Assembly (NCBI RefSeq): GCF_964355755.1
Contig: NC_092675.1
Location: 3,839,812 to 3,903,811 of the forward strand
Length of the DNA stretch: 64,000 nucleotides
Source of the DNA: Antedon mediterranea
Taxonomy: Eukaryota > Animalia > Echinodermata
Direction: 5' to 3'
The stretch's first letter is position 1, and each line of letters opens with the position of its first letter. A program made the translations under genes and the position numbers. Below the pieces are notes generated by a model. That model made no database searches. It worked only from the letters and a program-made list of their open reading frames with translations, and was not told the origin of the DNA. Shown in pieces: positions 29,751-43,724 of this stretch.

Positions 29751-32700
29751 GTATATATAGAAAAGAAAGAGCAACTTTAGAAATCTCCTGCAAGGGAATT
29801 TAGCTTTTGCTGGAGTTTGCCCTATTAATTACTATTTTAATGGAATTTAATTAAAATACAAATAAGATTGCATAAGATCTTGATATCCTTGATAAACCTT
29901 GTAACTACCTACTGTACCTCATATGATTGACAGTTATGTCTGCATATTTTTTTATGTTAATCCTTCTGATCTATTTTCCTTTTACATGAATCAGCAAAAC
30001 TTGTTTGCTATTTGGTCTAACCAAAAAAAACCAAATTATAAGCCATGGTGTGGGACAAATAAATACCCAACCGATAGACCGTCTGTTTCAAATGTTTAAA
30101 TTGTCAGGAGAATGTTACAAATTTCTAATATTCTACACAATGAACACTAATTTCACATCAGATTGTGTCGTACAACGTAATCTTATTTGGGTTTAAGAAC
30201 ATTTTAAAGAATCCAAAATCTTAAAAAACAAAAGTAATCATCTTATAGGTATGGTGTTGGAGCATTCTGGATTTACCCATGGGGAACCTTATATCATAAA
30301 ACCTTTCAAAAATGTATTTAGGATTGTAGTACGGTATTCCATCATTATTATTTCAAAACCTTTTATTTATTAAAATATCTCTATCATCTTTATAGTTTTT
30401 TTTATTGTTTTGCTTGTAAATGTGTACGGAAATTGAAAATACCACAAAAAAATATTTGTAATAATCAAATGATTGTTTTGAATGATTTCCCATTAAAACA
30501 TGGAATACAAGGTTGTGCTTCTTTATATATTCTAGGAAATTATTCTGGTTTTGAAACCTCATATTATGTAGCATCAAACAATATATTTTTTAGCATGTTA
30601 TCAGAAAAAAAATAGATTTTTATTTGTTTTTGACTCTTTAGACTAAAAACATCAAAATTGTTTGCACGATACCATGACAATATATTCAGTACAAAAACTA
30701 AATCTAAATTTCAGCAAAAAGTGGAAATATAGGAAGGAATAGCAAAGATTTTGTAAAAAAAAATAATATACTTAATATTCAAAATTATTCATAATTAACT
30801 AAATTTTCCATAAACCATATTTGTTAAAATAATTGTTCAGTAGAAAACTCGTTAATTTATGTTATTTCAGCCCAAATACTGGTAGAACACCTCAATTGTT
30901 ACAAGTATGGTTTGTGTTATTGGAATGTACTCGGCAGAAGACAATGCACTTTGCAATAAATATTTAAAAAAAAATTGAAGTAAAGGGTGTGCTAAGGAAG
31001 AGGTAATTTCCTGGCATGTTAAGACAAAGGAAAGTAAGCTTTTCCTGTACACAAAACTAAACCTTACCAACCAAAATGGCCGCCATCAAATGCATCTGTC
31101 AAGATAAAACACATGTGAAACACATTTATAAATCAATGAATTGGTAAGTATAATTTTCAGAAGAATTATTCGCTTAGAATTCAAGATGAGTTTCAAATAG
31201 ATATTAACCCATTTTTCCTGACACTTGACTGTAAATAGTTTGATTGTGGTTTCATTTACGGAGGCAGAAATCTGGGGCAAGTCTAACTAGCTTGTCTGTA
31301 AGAAATTCATTTTCTTCTTTCTGAACCTATTAATGATTTATTTAATCTTCAATTTGTTTTCATTTTGAATTAGAAATGAAACGACTAGAATGAAAATCAG
31401 TTATTTCGTGTTTGTTGAAAATAGTAGATAGTAAAGGAGGATATGATTGTACTAATGGTCGTTAGCATAAAGGACATACCCAGAATAGATTGCTTACGTG
31501 AGTGCTGTTGTAATATCATTTGAAATAAATAGTTCCAGTCTGATGTTCCTTATTTTTAAAATCACTGGGACCGGCTCGGCTACAGTGATAAAGTTCACCC
31601 TGGTCTGGTTTTTTTTTTTTATGTATATACTGAAATAGACCGAATAAATAATGAAATGAACACGACACAATAAAAATCATTATTTACAATTAACATATTG
31701 GAAATAAAAATAAAATGTATATATTTCTAAAGGCGCCTTATTTAAAAAAACTGATATTTGATTTAATAACAAATTTTATTTTAGATTCAGATAGGTTTTT
31801 AAGTGTATATTTATAATACCCTTTTCTAACTAAATTTGATATGAGAAAAGCATACAGTTTACCAGCAATTCTACAACAGTTATTATTTATTAATATCATA
31901 AAAACTTTAAGTTGACACGATATTTTGTTTTCATTATGTAATATGGGTGATATTATATAAAGCTATCTTTGTATTGAATCATGGAGAATACTATAATGTA
32001 CAGTATTATACATATATGCCTTTTTGACTGGATAAAAATTAATAAAATCAACAGTGGTATAAACTAATGAATTGTCAATAAATATATTGTTAACTTGTAC
32101 TAATATTATCTATTCTTTAAAAAAAATATGTTTTAATTTGGAAATAATCTTAAAATCTATCATAATCTAATTTAATCTAGTGGAATTTAACATTATCCCA
32201 TTGTTTCCATTTTCTCTGATTTACCTTCTCTCCCGGGATGGCGATTGGCACCGATTAAAAGCTTTTAAAATCCTTTCACTAAATGAAACTAAATGACATT
32301 TTTATTATTAGTATTATTTATAATTGTAATATTGCATTTGTTTTTCCTATTTTAACTAGAATTCATTCAATTTGACGTACAGTTCTTAAAACAGGAGGTT
32401 GCTTTAGGAGACAAGAACAGTAAACAACTTTATTTTAGGCATGACTAGATGTGATGATAAGACAGATCATTAGTATATGTCACTTTTTCAATTTGTCAAC
32501 ACATGATAGAAAATGTTACATAGAAAGCCTCTTTTGCCGGGACATTCTGTTCCGGGGGTACCAGTACGGGTGACACTTTTCTGACAATATATGCTTTAAT
32601 GGCCAACTACTATTAGTGTGGATGGGGTGGGTGTAACTATTATTAAGGAGACACTTTGGTGCTGATGTTTCCCTTAGAGGTTTTACTAAATGTATAAAAA

Positions 32701-33648
32701 TAATTTTATGCAAACTTGTATGAAAATGAAAAATAAACTCTATGGTATATATATATATGTATAGAAACTGAAAACAAACCAATTATAAAACAAAAAAACA
32801 ATAAACCCTTAAAGATAACAGAAAATAAAGTGATTGCATGCTTGATTGCACACAATTCTTGACACATAGCATGCAATGTCTATAAATAACATTTGGGTAC
32901 GTTTCCTTACATAACACAATTTAACACAACTACCAATTACTTACTGATCTAATTTCCGGTTTTAAATAAATTGTTACTTGCATAATCTTTAAACATTTCC
33001 TAACCTTTCCTTTCATGTTGTACCTACAGTTTGTGTTTATAATAGCAGAAAGTGATATAACAGATTGGATAGATTGCTGGCGCTTTCAAATATTATTATT
33101 ATATCAATATTAATTTTAGAATTGTCACTTTATTGTCTATTTATGTTATCATTTAAACAACAATAATAAACAATTGTTGGTTTGAAAAAAAAGAATATTT
33201 CTAATAACTTATTACTACAAACCAGGTGAACATTTTCAATCAACAATAATAAACATTATTTTTTGGTTTGTTATGTGCCGTGAGAACATCCTCCCTCCAA
33301 TGGCGCAAATCTTATCTAATTCTTGTTATTGTCTTCTTCTCCGGTATTAATAATCCACAGAGGCTCATTTACATATCTTTGCTAGTAGCACTTAATTAAT
33401 TATTTCATAGTATTATATCACAGTCCTCTGTTTGGTATTGTTCTTCACAATGTCTTGAATTAACTGTATACATTAAAGTCATCTCTTAATTTAAACTGCT
33501 GAATCAACTGATTAGTGGTTTGTTTTTGATTACAAACAAACCAGCAAATACTTAGATTAAGTAGATTAAAAAAAGGAAGGATAATAGTTCATTTAAACAT
33601 TGGCTTGACTTATAACAGTAGAATTAGTTATGTATTGACCTATTTTTA

Positions 33649-33832
33649 AGAGGTAAGGAGGGGTGGCGGAGATACAAGGGTCAATCAGTGGTAAAGGGGG
33701 AGGCGAGAGGTAAGGAGGGCAAACAAAGATACAAGGGTCAATCAGTGGTAAAGGGGAAGGTGAGAGGCAAGGAGGGGTGGCGGAGATACAAGGGTCAATC
33801 AGTGGTAAAGGGGAAGGTGAGAGGTAAGGAGG
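33649..33832. repeat. 57-bp purine-rich tandem repeat, 3.2 copies
   Basis: AGG(T/C)AAGGAGG at 33651, 33708, 33765 and 33822; shared AGATACAAGGGTCAATCAGTGGTAAAGGGG. Confidence 0.95.
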
Positions 33833-35679
33833 TAGAGGTGTTAATTAAACATTAATTAATTCATTAATTAAAACATAATTCTTCTTTTTTTTCAACTGAG
33901 AGAAAATTAAATTAAAACAAAATTTTAAAAACTTAACCTAATTTTACATTCCCAATTAAAAAAAAGAGTAATTGTGAGTAATTAATATGATTGTCAAGAA
34001 CAATATTGTCCTGTTCACAATTCCAAAAACAAGTAATCTGTGTTTACAAAAATCTTTTTTCAAATATCTCTCATTTTCCACTAGTGTGCTTGCATGCAAG
34101 CAAAGCATTTACCTGCAACCTTTACTTGCACTGCACATTAAAAGAATCCTTAAGTCAATGGCAATGCTCTTTCACTACTAATTATTATTCACTAATTATT
34201 TCCTTCAATTTATAATTAATTAGAATGTTGTATATAGATTGCGTAGGAGTGAAACAGCAACATAATAAAATATTCAATATCCAGTAGCATTGGGCTTGAG
34301 TGGTTCATGCAAATATCTGAAATACCTACCAACTAACAAATTACGCAATATATCTCAACAGCTTCATTATTTGTCCATGTACTAAGATAATTAGACATTT
34401 TGTTGGTTAAAGTTGCAACTAATGAGCAATTTCAAAAGTAATTAACAAGTTGTTTATGTCCTCTTTGTACGTCTGTGAATTTTATAATGTACATATTGAG
34501 TTGTTTTTTGCAGACTTTGTTTTCAATATGCATTGTATGTGGTCTATGAATTTGAAGGAAAAGAGAAAACTACTTTAGTAGAGAAATTAATATGTGTGAG
34601 ATAGTAAGGATGAGACAATCTGCAATTAGTGAAAAGTTACGTTGCTGTGAATCATACTCAAATCACCAGCTTGATGATATAAAATACCAAAAAATATCAG
34701 TTCTAATAAACTTTAAATTAGAAAAATCACATTTTATTCAGTCAAACTTTGTTTCCATAATTCCATATGATTCATTAATTTGTTCTTTCTTTAAACTGAA
34801 ATGCACTTTCAATACAAAGTTATATGGTTAGGACATCTGCACATCAAGCAGAATGTTCCGGGTTGAATATCGGTTGGGGTGACTTTTTCTCATTTTCACA
34901 GATTTCCTAATCTTTATTTTTTCCAATTAAATTTCAGTGTATCTCCGGGCGGTTTAGAATTCATGTTCTGTGCCTGTTGTGTATATATGTTTCCTAAAGT
35001 GAAGATTCAACATTATTGTATTATTATTAGGAATTTCTGATTTTATGTGGTAGAGAATTCCATAGTTTTGTTGGTCTATATATGAAAGTTCTTTTACCTT
35101 GAGAGATATTCCATTATTACTTTAAGAGAAAGTACATTTATTATGGTTATCTACAGTAAATTTAAATGCTGTTGTTAAATATGTTGCAACTATTTCTTTT
35201 AAACATTTAAATTAGACTTTTTTCATTCCATTTGTCTGTAAGTCTAGTAATATTTGTGACCTAATTTTTAGGAACAAAGACTGCAGAAGAGTAAAAGTGA
35301 AACATAATAAAAACTAAAAACCAGTTTCATACTATAATACAAATAAATTTCAGACAAAGATAAACACGAGATTTAGAAGGTAAATAAGTTTTTCTAATTC
35401 TTTGTAGACTTTTGTTCCCCAAAAGTATTTTTAGTATCGAGTATAATTCCATTCCTTATTAGGGCAGGGGTGAAGGGAAATTGGTGTTTTGTTTATATCT
35501 ATCCTATCAAAATGTTGTACATTCAACAGAATGATCTGGACCTGCTTCTACCGAACTGTATGTTTATTGGGTCTACATATATATATATATATATATATAA
35601 CCCTAACCCAATTTGCTATGGTGTCATATTGGCAATATGCATTGTGTACACAAATATATCAATATAAATAAATTAAATT

Positions 35680-35880
35680 TGACTCGAAATCTAGAGGTGT
35701 GGGTTCAAGCTCCGGTTTGGTCACTACAGTGCTGAATCCTTCATATCCACCTTATTCCTCTTCACCCAGGTGACAAAAATCGATATCGGTATTGAAAAGT
35801 AGTGGGAAGGCAATTTGGGAGGGAGGGATACCACCCCATACAATACAGTGGGTCTGGCCCAAATGCAAAATGAAATGGAA
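35680..35880 (+). mobile_element. Decayed tRNA-derived SINE with CORE-like domain
   Basis: B box GGTTCAAGC followed by CCTCTTCACCCAGGTG; related to the minus-strand copy at ~62628-62722. Confidence 0.5.
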
Positions 35881-38699
35881 ATTGACAAGAAGGCTGTTAT
35901 AGCAAATAAGCTACCAAGAGACATTAGACAACACAGGTAGTAGAATGAACTTTAACCTTATACCGATACATTTATTAAGATCTTTCTCAAGAATAAGACT
36001 ATTCAAGTAAGCCAATAACTTAAAACAGAAACTATTCCAGTTGTTAGAACTCTGGTTGCTAAAACTAATTGAATCATTTCCCCTCAAAGGAAAGATGCTC
36101 TTTAATTGCTTCCCGAAAAAAACGAAGGACAAAGTCAGTCGAAAACTACTGACAGTGCTAGAGCATTGTTCCAGTAAGTGACAGTTTGATTCGGTATCCT
36201 TTTTAGATTATTTATAGCGGTAACGGATTGACTTATCGTGTTGTAATCGTAACAATCACGCCTCTCGTTGTTGAGATGCAAACAGGATGTTATCGCAAAA
36301 ATGAAACAAGGAACATCTTGTGTTCACAATTTATGGCACTTATTTACTCCATCTTGTTCATCCATTTTGTAATAAAATACTAGGCTAAAATCTCTCTTTT
36401 TATTTCTGCCTGCATTTTAGAAAAGGCCTTGATATGATATGATACCACCAGCAGAATAATTGAGACACTAAAAATGTTTAAGGGCATTTGTATATTTCAG
36501 GAAAATGTTACAATACTCAATTTTGAATAAATTAAGTTTTCTTAGCATTTCACCTGCGATTATTTATTATGTATATTTTGGAATTTTCAAACAGTTTAAC
36601 AATCTGAATACGTCTTTTTAACTATTATATTTATATTTTCTTCTATATTTATTTAATTCATTTATTTACTTAACTTAACTTTACTTACTAAGATTAAACC
36701 AGAAGATTATGGCCAATTTATATACATAATCTACAATATTTACCCTTAAATTGAAAGTCTTTTTTAAAAATTTTATAATTTTCTATATTATATAGACAAT
36801 TATTATTAAGACGATTCATGTATCCTTTAATCGCAGTTAAGATACGGTATAGCAATAAAGTAGTAAAAATATTGTTTTTGTCGAACTATAGACAGTTAAA
36901 AATTTGTTTATTTCCTTATATAAATATATAGTTTGAATGGCCCTCACATGATGGCTGTTAAAACAATACTGAAACTGTCTTGTCATCATTACACTGAGAG
37001 TGATAGTTTTTTTTTTCTTCGCCAGATTCCCACAATCAAGAAAAGTTTCACAAATTTCTATGAACTTTAGCAGGGATCCACTTGAAAAGTTACATATGCA
37101 AAAGAATTGGAGAGTATTGTGCCATGTAAATAGGGATCAGCTTTGAAATAAATACGAGGATACAATCTTGCGCCCTTTTATGCAACTGTCTATACTTCGT
37201 AATTTTTTAATAACTTCCAACACCCACCCTTCAATAGGAAACAAATGACCCATTTCAATTCATTACTTTGATCCTTACACTTTTTAATAGTCCTGAGAAA
37301 GTTCTGAAAAGCAGTTTTTGGAAAGGATATAGATTAGAAATAAGTAAGAAGTCACTTCTCAATTCTTAAAGGGAAAGGAAAAATATAGGAAATTGTTAGC
37401 AAGTTTGAGAACATTAATATCATATTTATATTACTATATGACATAGCTTAACATTTATTGAAAAGTTGGATCAACTTATGTAAAATTGTGCGGTAGTTGA
37501 ATATGCAATTCTAAACAATTTTGGAAGAGGTGATAAATATTTGTTTAGAAATTAAACAACCAACATTAATTGGATGGGACATTTTAGTATGATTTAAATT
37601 TTTATTATAAATGGATAATAATATAATAATTCACCATTTATTAGTTTCTATATATATGCACTTGCTAAAAATTGTTTATAAACTCAAAAATATAGCAACT
37701 CTAATTTCATCTAAGTGATCCTACATTTTTTTTTTTTTTGTTTAACTGTTCTGTATATATCTTTTAAATTAGGCCTACTTTGTATTTATATATTTTATAC
37801 ATTTAATTTACTTTTAAACGTATAACTGGATCATTTTGGAAAGCAGTACTGCGTTACTGAAAATGCAATCCAGTCAAAAGAAAGAATAAATAAATAAATG
37901 TCAGAACATATAGCAGATGAAATTAAAGTTAACAAGAACAAAATTAGGCCTAAGAACATATGATATACTGTTTTTCTTTTTTTTATACACTTACAAAATT
38001 ATTATAAAGCCTCTTTTAAACTATGATTTTTTCTTATAAATGAATTGGTTGTATACATGTTTGTAAGAACATATAGTAGAAAAAAGTAGAGTTAATGAAA
38101 AACCTTATTGGGACCATGGCATATTGTTTACTGTTGCTTCAAATGCCATAATAAACAAAGCCTTATAAAAAGTAATGATGCCCTGAAAAAGGTTTAAAGG
38201 ACATGAAAATTACTATTAGTACTGAACCCGTGGATTTAAATAACTGATCAACGAATAAAACTTTCTGCTTTTTCCATTTTTCATAGTAAATAAATTCATT
38301 AGAAATTAAATATACTGTATATTTAATAGGAAAAAAAATAGGTAAAAAGCATTTTTTACAGATTTAGAACAATTTGACCCAAAGATGCAAATTAGATGCG
38401 TTAGGTTTATCATTAAACTTTACTGTTTATTCGACTCACACTTTGATGCTATGAATAAAAGCATTTAAATTTTATTTATTGCTATACTACCATCATATCT
38501 GTTTAGCATATTTTTTATAGTTTCAATAGTTAGTTTTTAATGGTAGCATAAACAGAGATATTTATCTATAAGAAGTTTCAAATATGGTGTTTTTAATAAA
38601 CATTCAGTTATCATGATAATGTAATATGATATAATATGTATATAGAGCATAAATAAGATACATATTATTGAATTTTTAATTATACTGATGAATTGTTAC

Positions 38700-38739
38700 C
38701 TTACTATTAACATGGAGCTAGCTCCATGTTAATAGTAAG
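38700..38739. repeat. Perfect 40-bp spacerless palindrome
   Basis: CTTACTATTAACATGGAGCT|AGCTCCATGTTAATAGTAAG. Confidence 0.97.
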
Positions 38740-40316
38740 TCTCATAACATAGTACAGTATGGTTTTTGACAGGATATCACCCATTAATTAATTAACAGAT
38801 CACATGAATGAATTATTTATGAGATTCTCCAAAATTTAAATTAAATTTAAAATGTGGTTAAAGAATGGTAATAATAGAAATGTTGTATGAGCCATTGGTC
38901 TGTATAACAACAGAGTTGATTCCCCTCTCACAACCCCACCCCACCACTAAATACAGGTGTAACCACAATAGAATTTGCTGGATCAAGAATGCTAAATAAT
39001 AATATTTCAACCTCCAGTTTAAATTAGTGCCCAGTTTGATCAGCCATCCCTACACTTCTTCATTCCTACCCTTCCTCATCCCTACACAACACCTCTCCAA
39101 TCTCTAGTTTGAAATTAGTGCCCTATTTGATAAAGCATCTCCAATAAAACAATTACTCAACCCCCAGTTTGAATTAGTGCCGAGTTCCTATTTTACTAAA
39201 CTGTCATTTTCTCATGTGCGGTAAGTTTAGACTTAGTCATCAATGCCTTTCTGATGGTTACTGTCTTTCATCATTCTACTCATCCTCATTTTCTGTATCA
39301 TTTCACTTTAATAGTAATGTTGACAAGCATCTACTGATAGTTGCAATTTTTCATTCCTGATTTTAATGGACTTCTAAAAAAACAGCATTCGCATCATGGA
39401 GGCATAATTGTTTAAATGTAAAAGTGTAAAACTTGCCATTATACTGATTACATTCAAAAACATTTAATTGAAAAGTATTCTATTTTATTTTTTCACAGAT
39501 TGATAATGATTGACTAAAGGCAGAGAGATCACAGTACCTAGTTGACAAAAGTTGTCATCCAATTTGAGTTCAACACAGTCCCAGTGGCCCAATGGTAGAG
39601 TGCCCGAATTTCAGAAGAAAGCCTGAGGTCATATTTCAGACATAATGACAGAATCAATCTCATCATTTCGTTTATTTATAAGCTTTATCTTCAATCATTT
39701 ATATCATAAAACACATCATTATTTTATTTATTGTATTTTGATTGGTTATTTGTTTTATTGATTGATTTGTATTGATTAATTAAATGATTGAATGGTCAGT
39801 TGTTTGGCAAATTGACTTGTAAACATCCAAATATATACATAATTATCAATGTTGATTTTTTATATTATTTATGATTAGTGTATGCTCTGTGTATTTTGTG
39901 TTAACGAATCTAATTTGAATTTGAATTTGTATTAATTATTTAATTAGACGTATGAGTTAGTTAAGAAATATGCTTGGTTAAGCATGAATTTCTCATAATA
40001 CTGTAATTTATCTTCCTTTAAAGCGATGACAAAAACAAAGATGACTTGATGTTTATTTGGTAATTGTGACCTTTGACATAATTACAGATATACATTATGT
40101 GAGTTCTTGGCTGAGTTACGTTTTTCTTACTTCATTTGATTTATTATGTAAAATCTGGCAGTGAGAAATTGATATTTTTTGGAAAGCAATTTTATTAAAA
40201 TTACTTAAAAGCTTTCACAGTCATACAATTTTGCAAAATGGTAAGAATTTTGGACGTTATTATTATTCAAAAATATTAATATGAAAAGCAAGTTTGAACG
40301 ACTGACTTGTAACTTT

Positions 40317-40482
40317 CAGGGCCGTACGCAGAATTTTATTTGGGTGGGTGCGGATTAATATATTTTGGACCATTTTCATAATATTGAGTACTTATTTATT
40401 TTAAGACCCTATAAAATGTGGATCTTTTGCAATTTAGGGGGGTGCGTACGCACCTGTTGCACTCCCCCTGCGTACGGCCCTG
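40317..40482. mobile_element. 166-bp MITE with CAGGG ends and 5-bp TSD (hAT5-like)
   Basis: Perfect 15-bp TIR CAGGGCCGTACGCAG / CTGCGTACGGCCCTG; ACTTT on both flanks. Confidence 0.92.
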
Positions 40483-41669
40483 ACTTTGGTGGTAGCTATG
40501 AAAATGAACAATACTAATGGTTGTCTTTAGTGCAATTTTTTTTCTAGCAGCACACAACATAAATGCATTTACAAAACAAACAAGAAAGAAACCATGGAAT
40601 ATACTAAAAGCAACGAATACATTATGACATCATGATGAAGTTGATCCAGAGGGTCCTTTTTTTCACTGAATTATTCTCCAAACAAAAGTCAACAAGCAGA
40701 TCAAATTAGTTAGCAGTAAAAAGGACAAAAATAGATCTTTGAAAAAAATAATCAAATGACGGTGCTGAGAATATAAAAATAGGTACACATCATTTATGCC
40801 ATTTCTCATATTATTCTTTTTACTCGTATAGGCTTAAAAATTAAAATAATTTAAGAATTTTTTTATAAAACCAACATTATTATTATTACTATAAAAGTTT
40901 ATTTCCTTTTCTTTCACAGGAAAGTTGTTTGAATAAAAAAAAATTGTAATTCAAATAAAGTTTCAACAAAATTTTACGATTTAGCATTTAGCTTCAATTT
41001 TCATGCATTGCACATATCCGAAGAATCAATCAGAAACTAATTTTCCCAACATGCCATAAACTTCATCTTTTTCCAATCGAAATTCAAATAGCATCGAGTC
41101 AAAATCGTTCTTAACGAGTCGCTTTCGGATATAAAAACCAACACCAACTTAATTCAACTGATTGGATATAACACATTAAAATTGCATTGGACACAAAACT
41201 ATTAATTAACAAAATGATAAATTGAAATTGAATTATCCAAAGGAAAGAAATCCATATATAGTAAACCAATGCCAGCCATTCAAAATACTTTTAGTGAGCG
41301 TTATACAGTGTGGCGTTTTTATAAATTACCATCATCACGTTATACTGACTCAGACGATATACATTTGTTTTTTATATATTGAAGGCACTAGCACAAAAGA
41401 TGTGAATGAACCCTATTTTGTATTAGAAACAAAGTCATAGATATATTTGGGATCATCCAGTAGAAAAAAATCACATTAAGTTGGTAGATGGAGGGAGATA
41501 TAGATGCATATAAAGATGGGAAAGAGAGAATAATTTTTATCTTCGATTTAAATTTTACCTCCTTCAAATCCTGGTACCACTCAGAGAAAAACGAGGAACC
41601 TTCTCAACTTGAGCTATTTGACAATCACAAATCAACATTTAATTTATTTTCATTCATAGGGTCGTTTAT

Positions 41670-41841
41670 GGAGTTGGATAGGCAAGTGGTTCAGACACTT
41701 GACTCCCAGTCTACTTAGCTGTAAATGAGTACCTGGTTGAAAATACTAGGGAGGATAAGGCGGCGTGGAAAGGAACTGGCCACACTACCACATAATGCAG
41801 AGGCTTAGTACTTAGTTCCTAACAGCTCATTCCCTACGTCC
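41670..41841 (+). mobile_element. SINE fragment with CORE-like domain
   Basis: GGCAAGTGGTTCAGACACTT...CTTAGCTGTAAATGAGTACCTGG...GATAAGGCGGCG resembles invertebrate CORE-SINE bodies (recognised from memory). Confidence 0.45.
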
Positions 41842-43635
41842 AGGAAAAACAAATATTTAAGCATAAAATTGTACTTTCTTTGAAAATGTAAAAGCTAATA
41901 TTATAATGTTGATTTATATAATGAGTATGTTTTACTTTATCATTTTAATTTAGAATTTTGCTTATATTTTTTGTATCTCTATCATCTCCAGCATTGAAAT
42001 TAATTTGCCTTTTGATATACATTACGTACAAATTGATTTCTTAATACTTTGCCATTTACAGTAAGTTTAAATTGATTGTGGCTACTGAGGGCAGTATTCA
42101 CTTTGAATTTATAATTAGAAATTTTAAAAAAGATTTGGATGGTAAAGTGTATTACAAATACCTGCCATAGTAACATGAAGTATTAGTACAATAAGGAATT
42201 TATAAAATATGGATTTTCTTCTGAGGTATAATAATGCATTTTGACTACAATACGATTATTTCTGTTGTTAACTTAAAACATTTGAAATCTTCCTGAGAAC
42301 TTTAACTTTGTACCTAACTAAACAGTACATCTTTGATATTAAAAGAATAAAAAATAAATAAAAAAGATATTATCCTACTTAAATCAAACAATATAAAATA
42401 CATATACACAATATTCATTAAAAAAAACACCCATTCCATCTTTGTTGACCCCTAGTTCACCCTGTGGATTTACTAATGAAAGTATATATACAGTACATTA
42501 ATATTAATTTGAATTAAGTCACGGAGAGTTACATTAGTGTAAGCCTAATTTATTATTTCTAAGTTGAAGCATAATAATTTTGATATAAATTAATCTTTGC
42601 ATATCTAATTTAAAATATATGACGGTTGGGTTTTCTTATTATTTATCGATAGAGGTTGATGATGGAACATCATCATATGAAATTAGCTTTGAGAATTGTA
42701 AATACCGATGGGGGTAGCGTAAGGAATTTCCCCTTCCCTTGATTTATATCGTTCTTATTTGTACTAGGTCCCTTACCAATTAGAGTAACCATCCCATTTA
42801 GGTACATTGGGACCAAATGAGTGGGAATTTTGTGTAAATTGACATTAAGGTTAAATTGGCATTGAAACCTTTGAGGTTAGGGAAGTAACAATGGTAATTA
42901 AAAAAGAAAAAAAAGGTGAAAGTGAAAATTGCTTATGAAATATAATATAATACCATACCATAATATTAATAATATACCATAAATATTGAACAAAATCATT
43001 TTCAATTTAATATTAGGTTTTAGGTTTCATTAAAATGCCTATTTAGCAACAGCAACAGTAAAACATAGTTTGCATTCAATCGATATGCTGAGTATTTTTG
43101 TGAGAGTCCCTAATGATCAGCTTCGGCTTGATGGACCACCCTCGTAAAATATTGTTGAAATAAATAATAAAAATAAAATAACATTATTTTATAACCATGT
43201 GGTCATCCCCAATCATTGCACTCAAACTTGCTTGCGATGGATTGAGGCACCTAACTTACTTTCATCAAAAACACATAGCGATTCATTAGACACTATGCTT
43301 ACGTTCACATTTCTATACATTTAGTGATGTGAAGATGAGGGTTACATAATGATAAAATATGTTAATCAGAAAATATCCGAACTAACCGAAAGAAAAAGTT
43401 TGAGAAACAGAAAGTGAAACAGAACCTTGCATCATACACCAGTTATAAGACAAATAATATATTGAACCTCAAACGGAATACATAGTTTCTAATCTACTAA
43501 TACTTATTTGTTTACGTATCCAAAAGCGAGTAAATTACAGGATGGATAAACTATTTAATAACTTGTTGTGCTTATAAACTAAGTATCATTTAAGGCTTGG
43601 GGAGTGGAGTTGTGAGTTACAATCCTGGCACTAGG

Positions 43636-43724
43636 TCAGGATTGAACCCTGGCACTATCTCAGGATTGAACCCTGGACCTTGGGACTGGAAAGCAAGCAT
43701 GGTAACCACCAAGCTACAACTCCA
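43636..43724 (-). mobile_element. tRNA-like SINE head (pseudo-tRNA) with a duplicated B box
   Basis: Minus strand GTAGCTTGGTGGTTACC...TTTCCA...CCAGGGTTCAATCCTGA has A and B boxes but no intact anticodon or acceptor stems; TCAGGATTGAACCCTGG occurs twice. Confidence 0.55.

Noticed and set aside
35911-36250. Possible decayed LINE ORF2 end (TVTYWNN motif on the minus strand)
   Set aside because: Only a few residues resemble the motif; cannot be supported without alignment
43655-43724. tRNA gene (similar heads at ~34825, ~39583 and ~48664)
   Set aside because: A/B boxes are present but the cloverleaf stems are broken; these are SINE heads or pseudo-tRNAs
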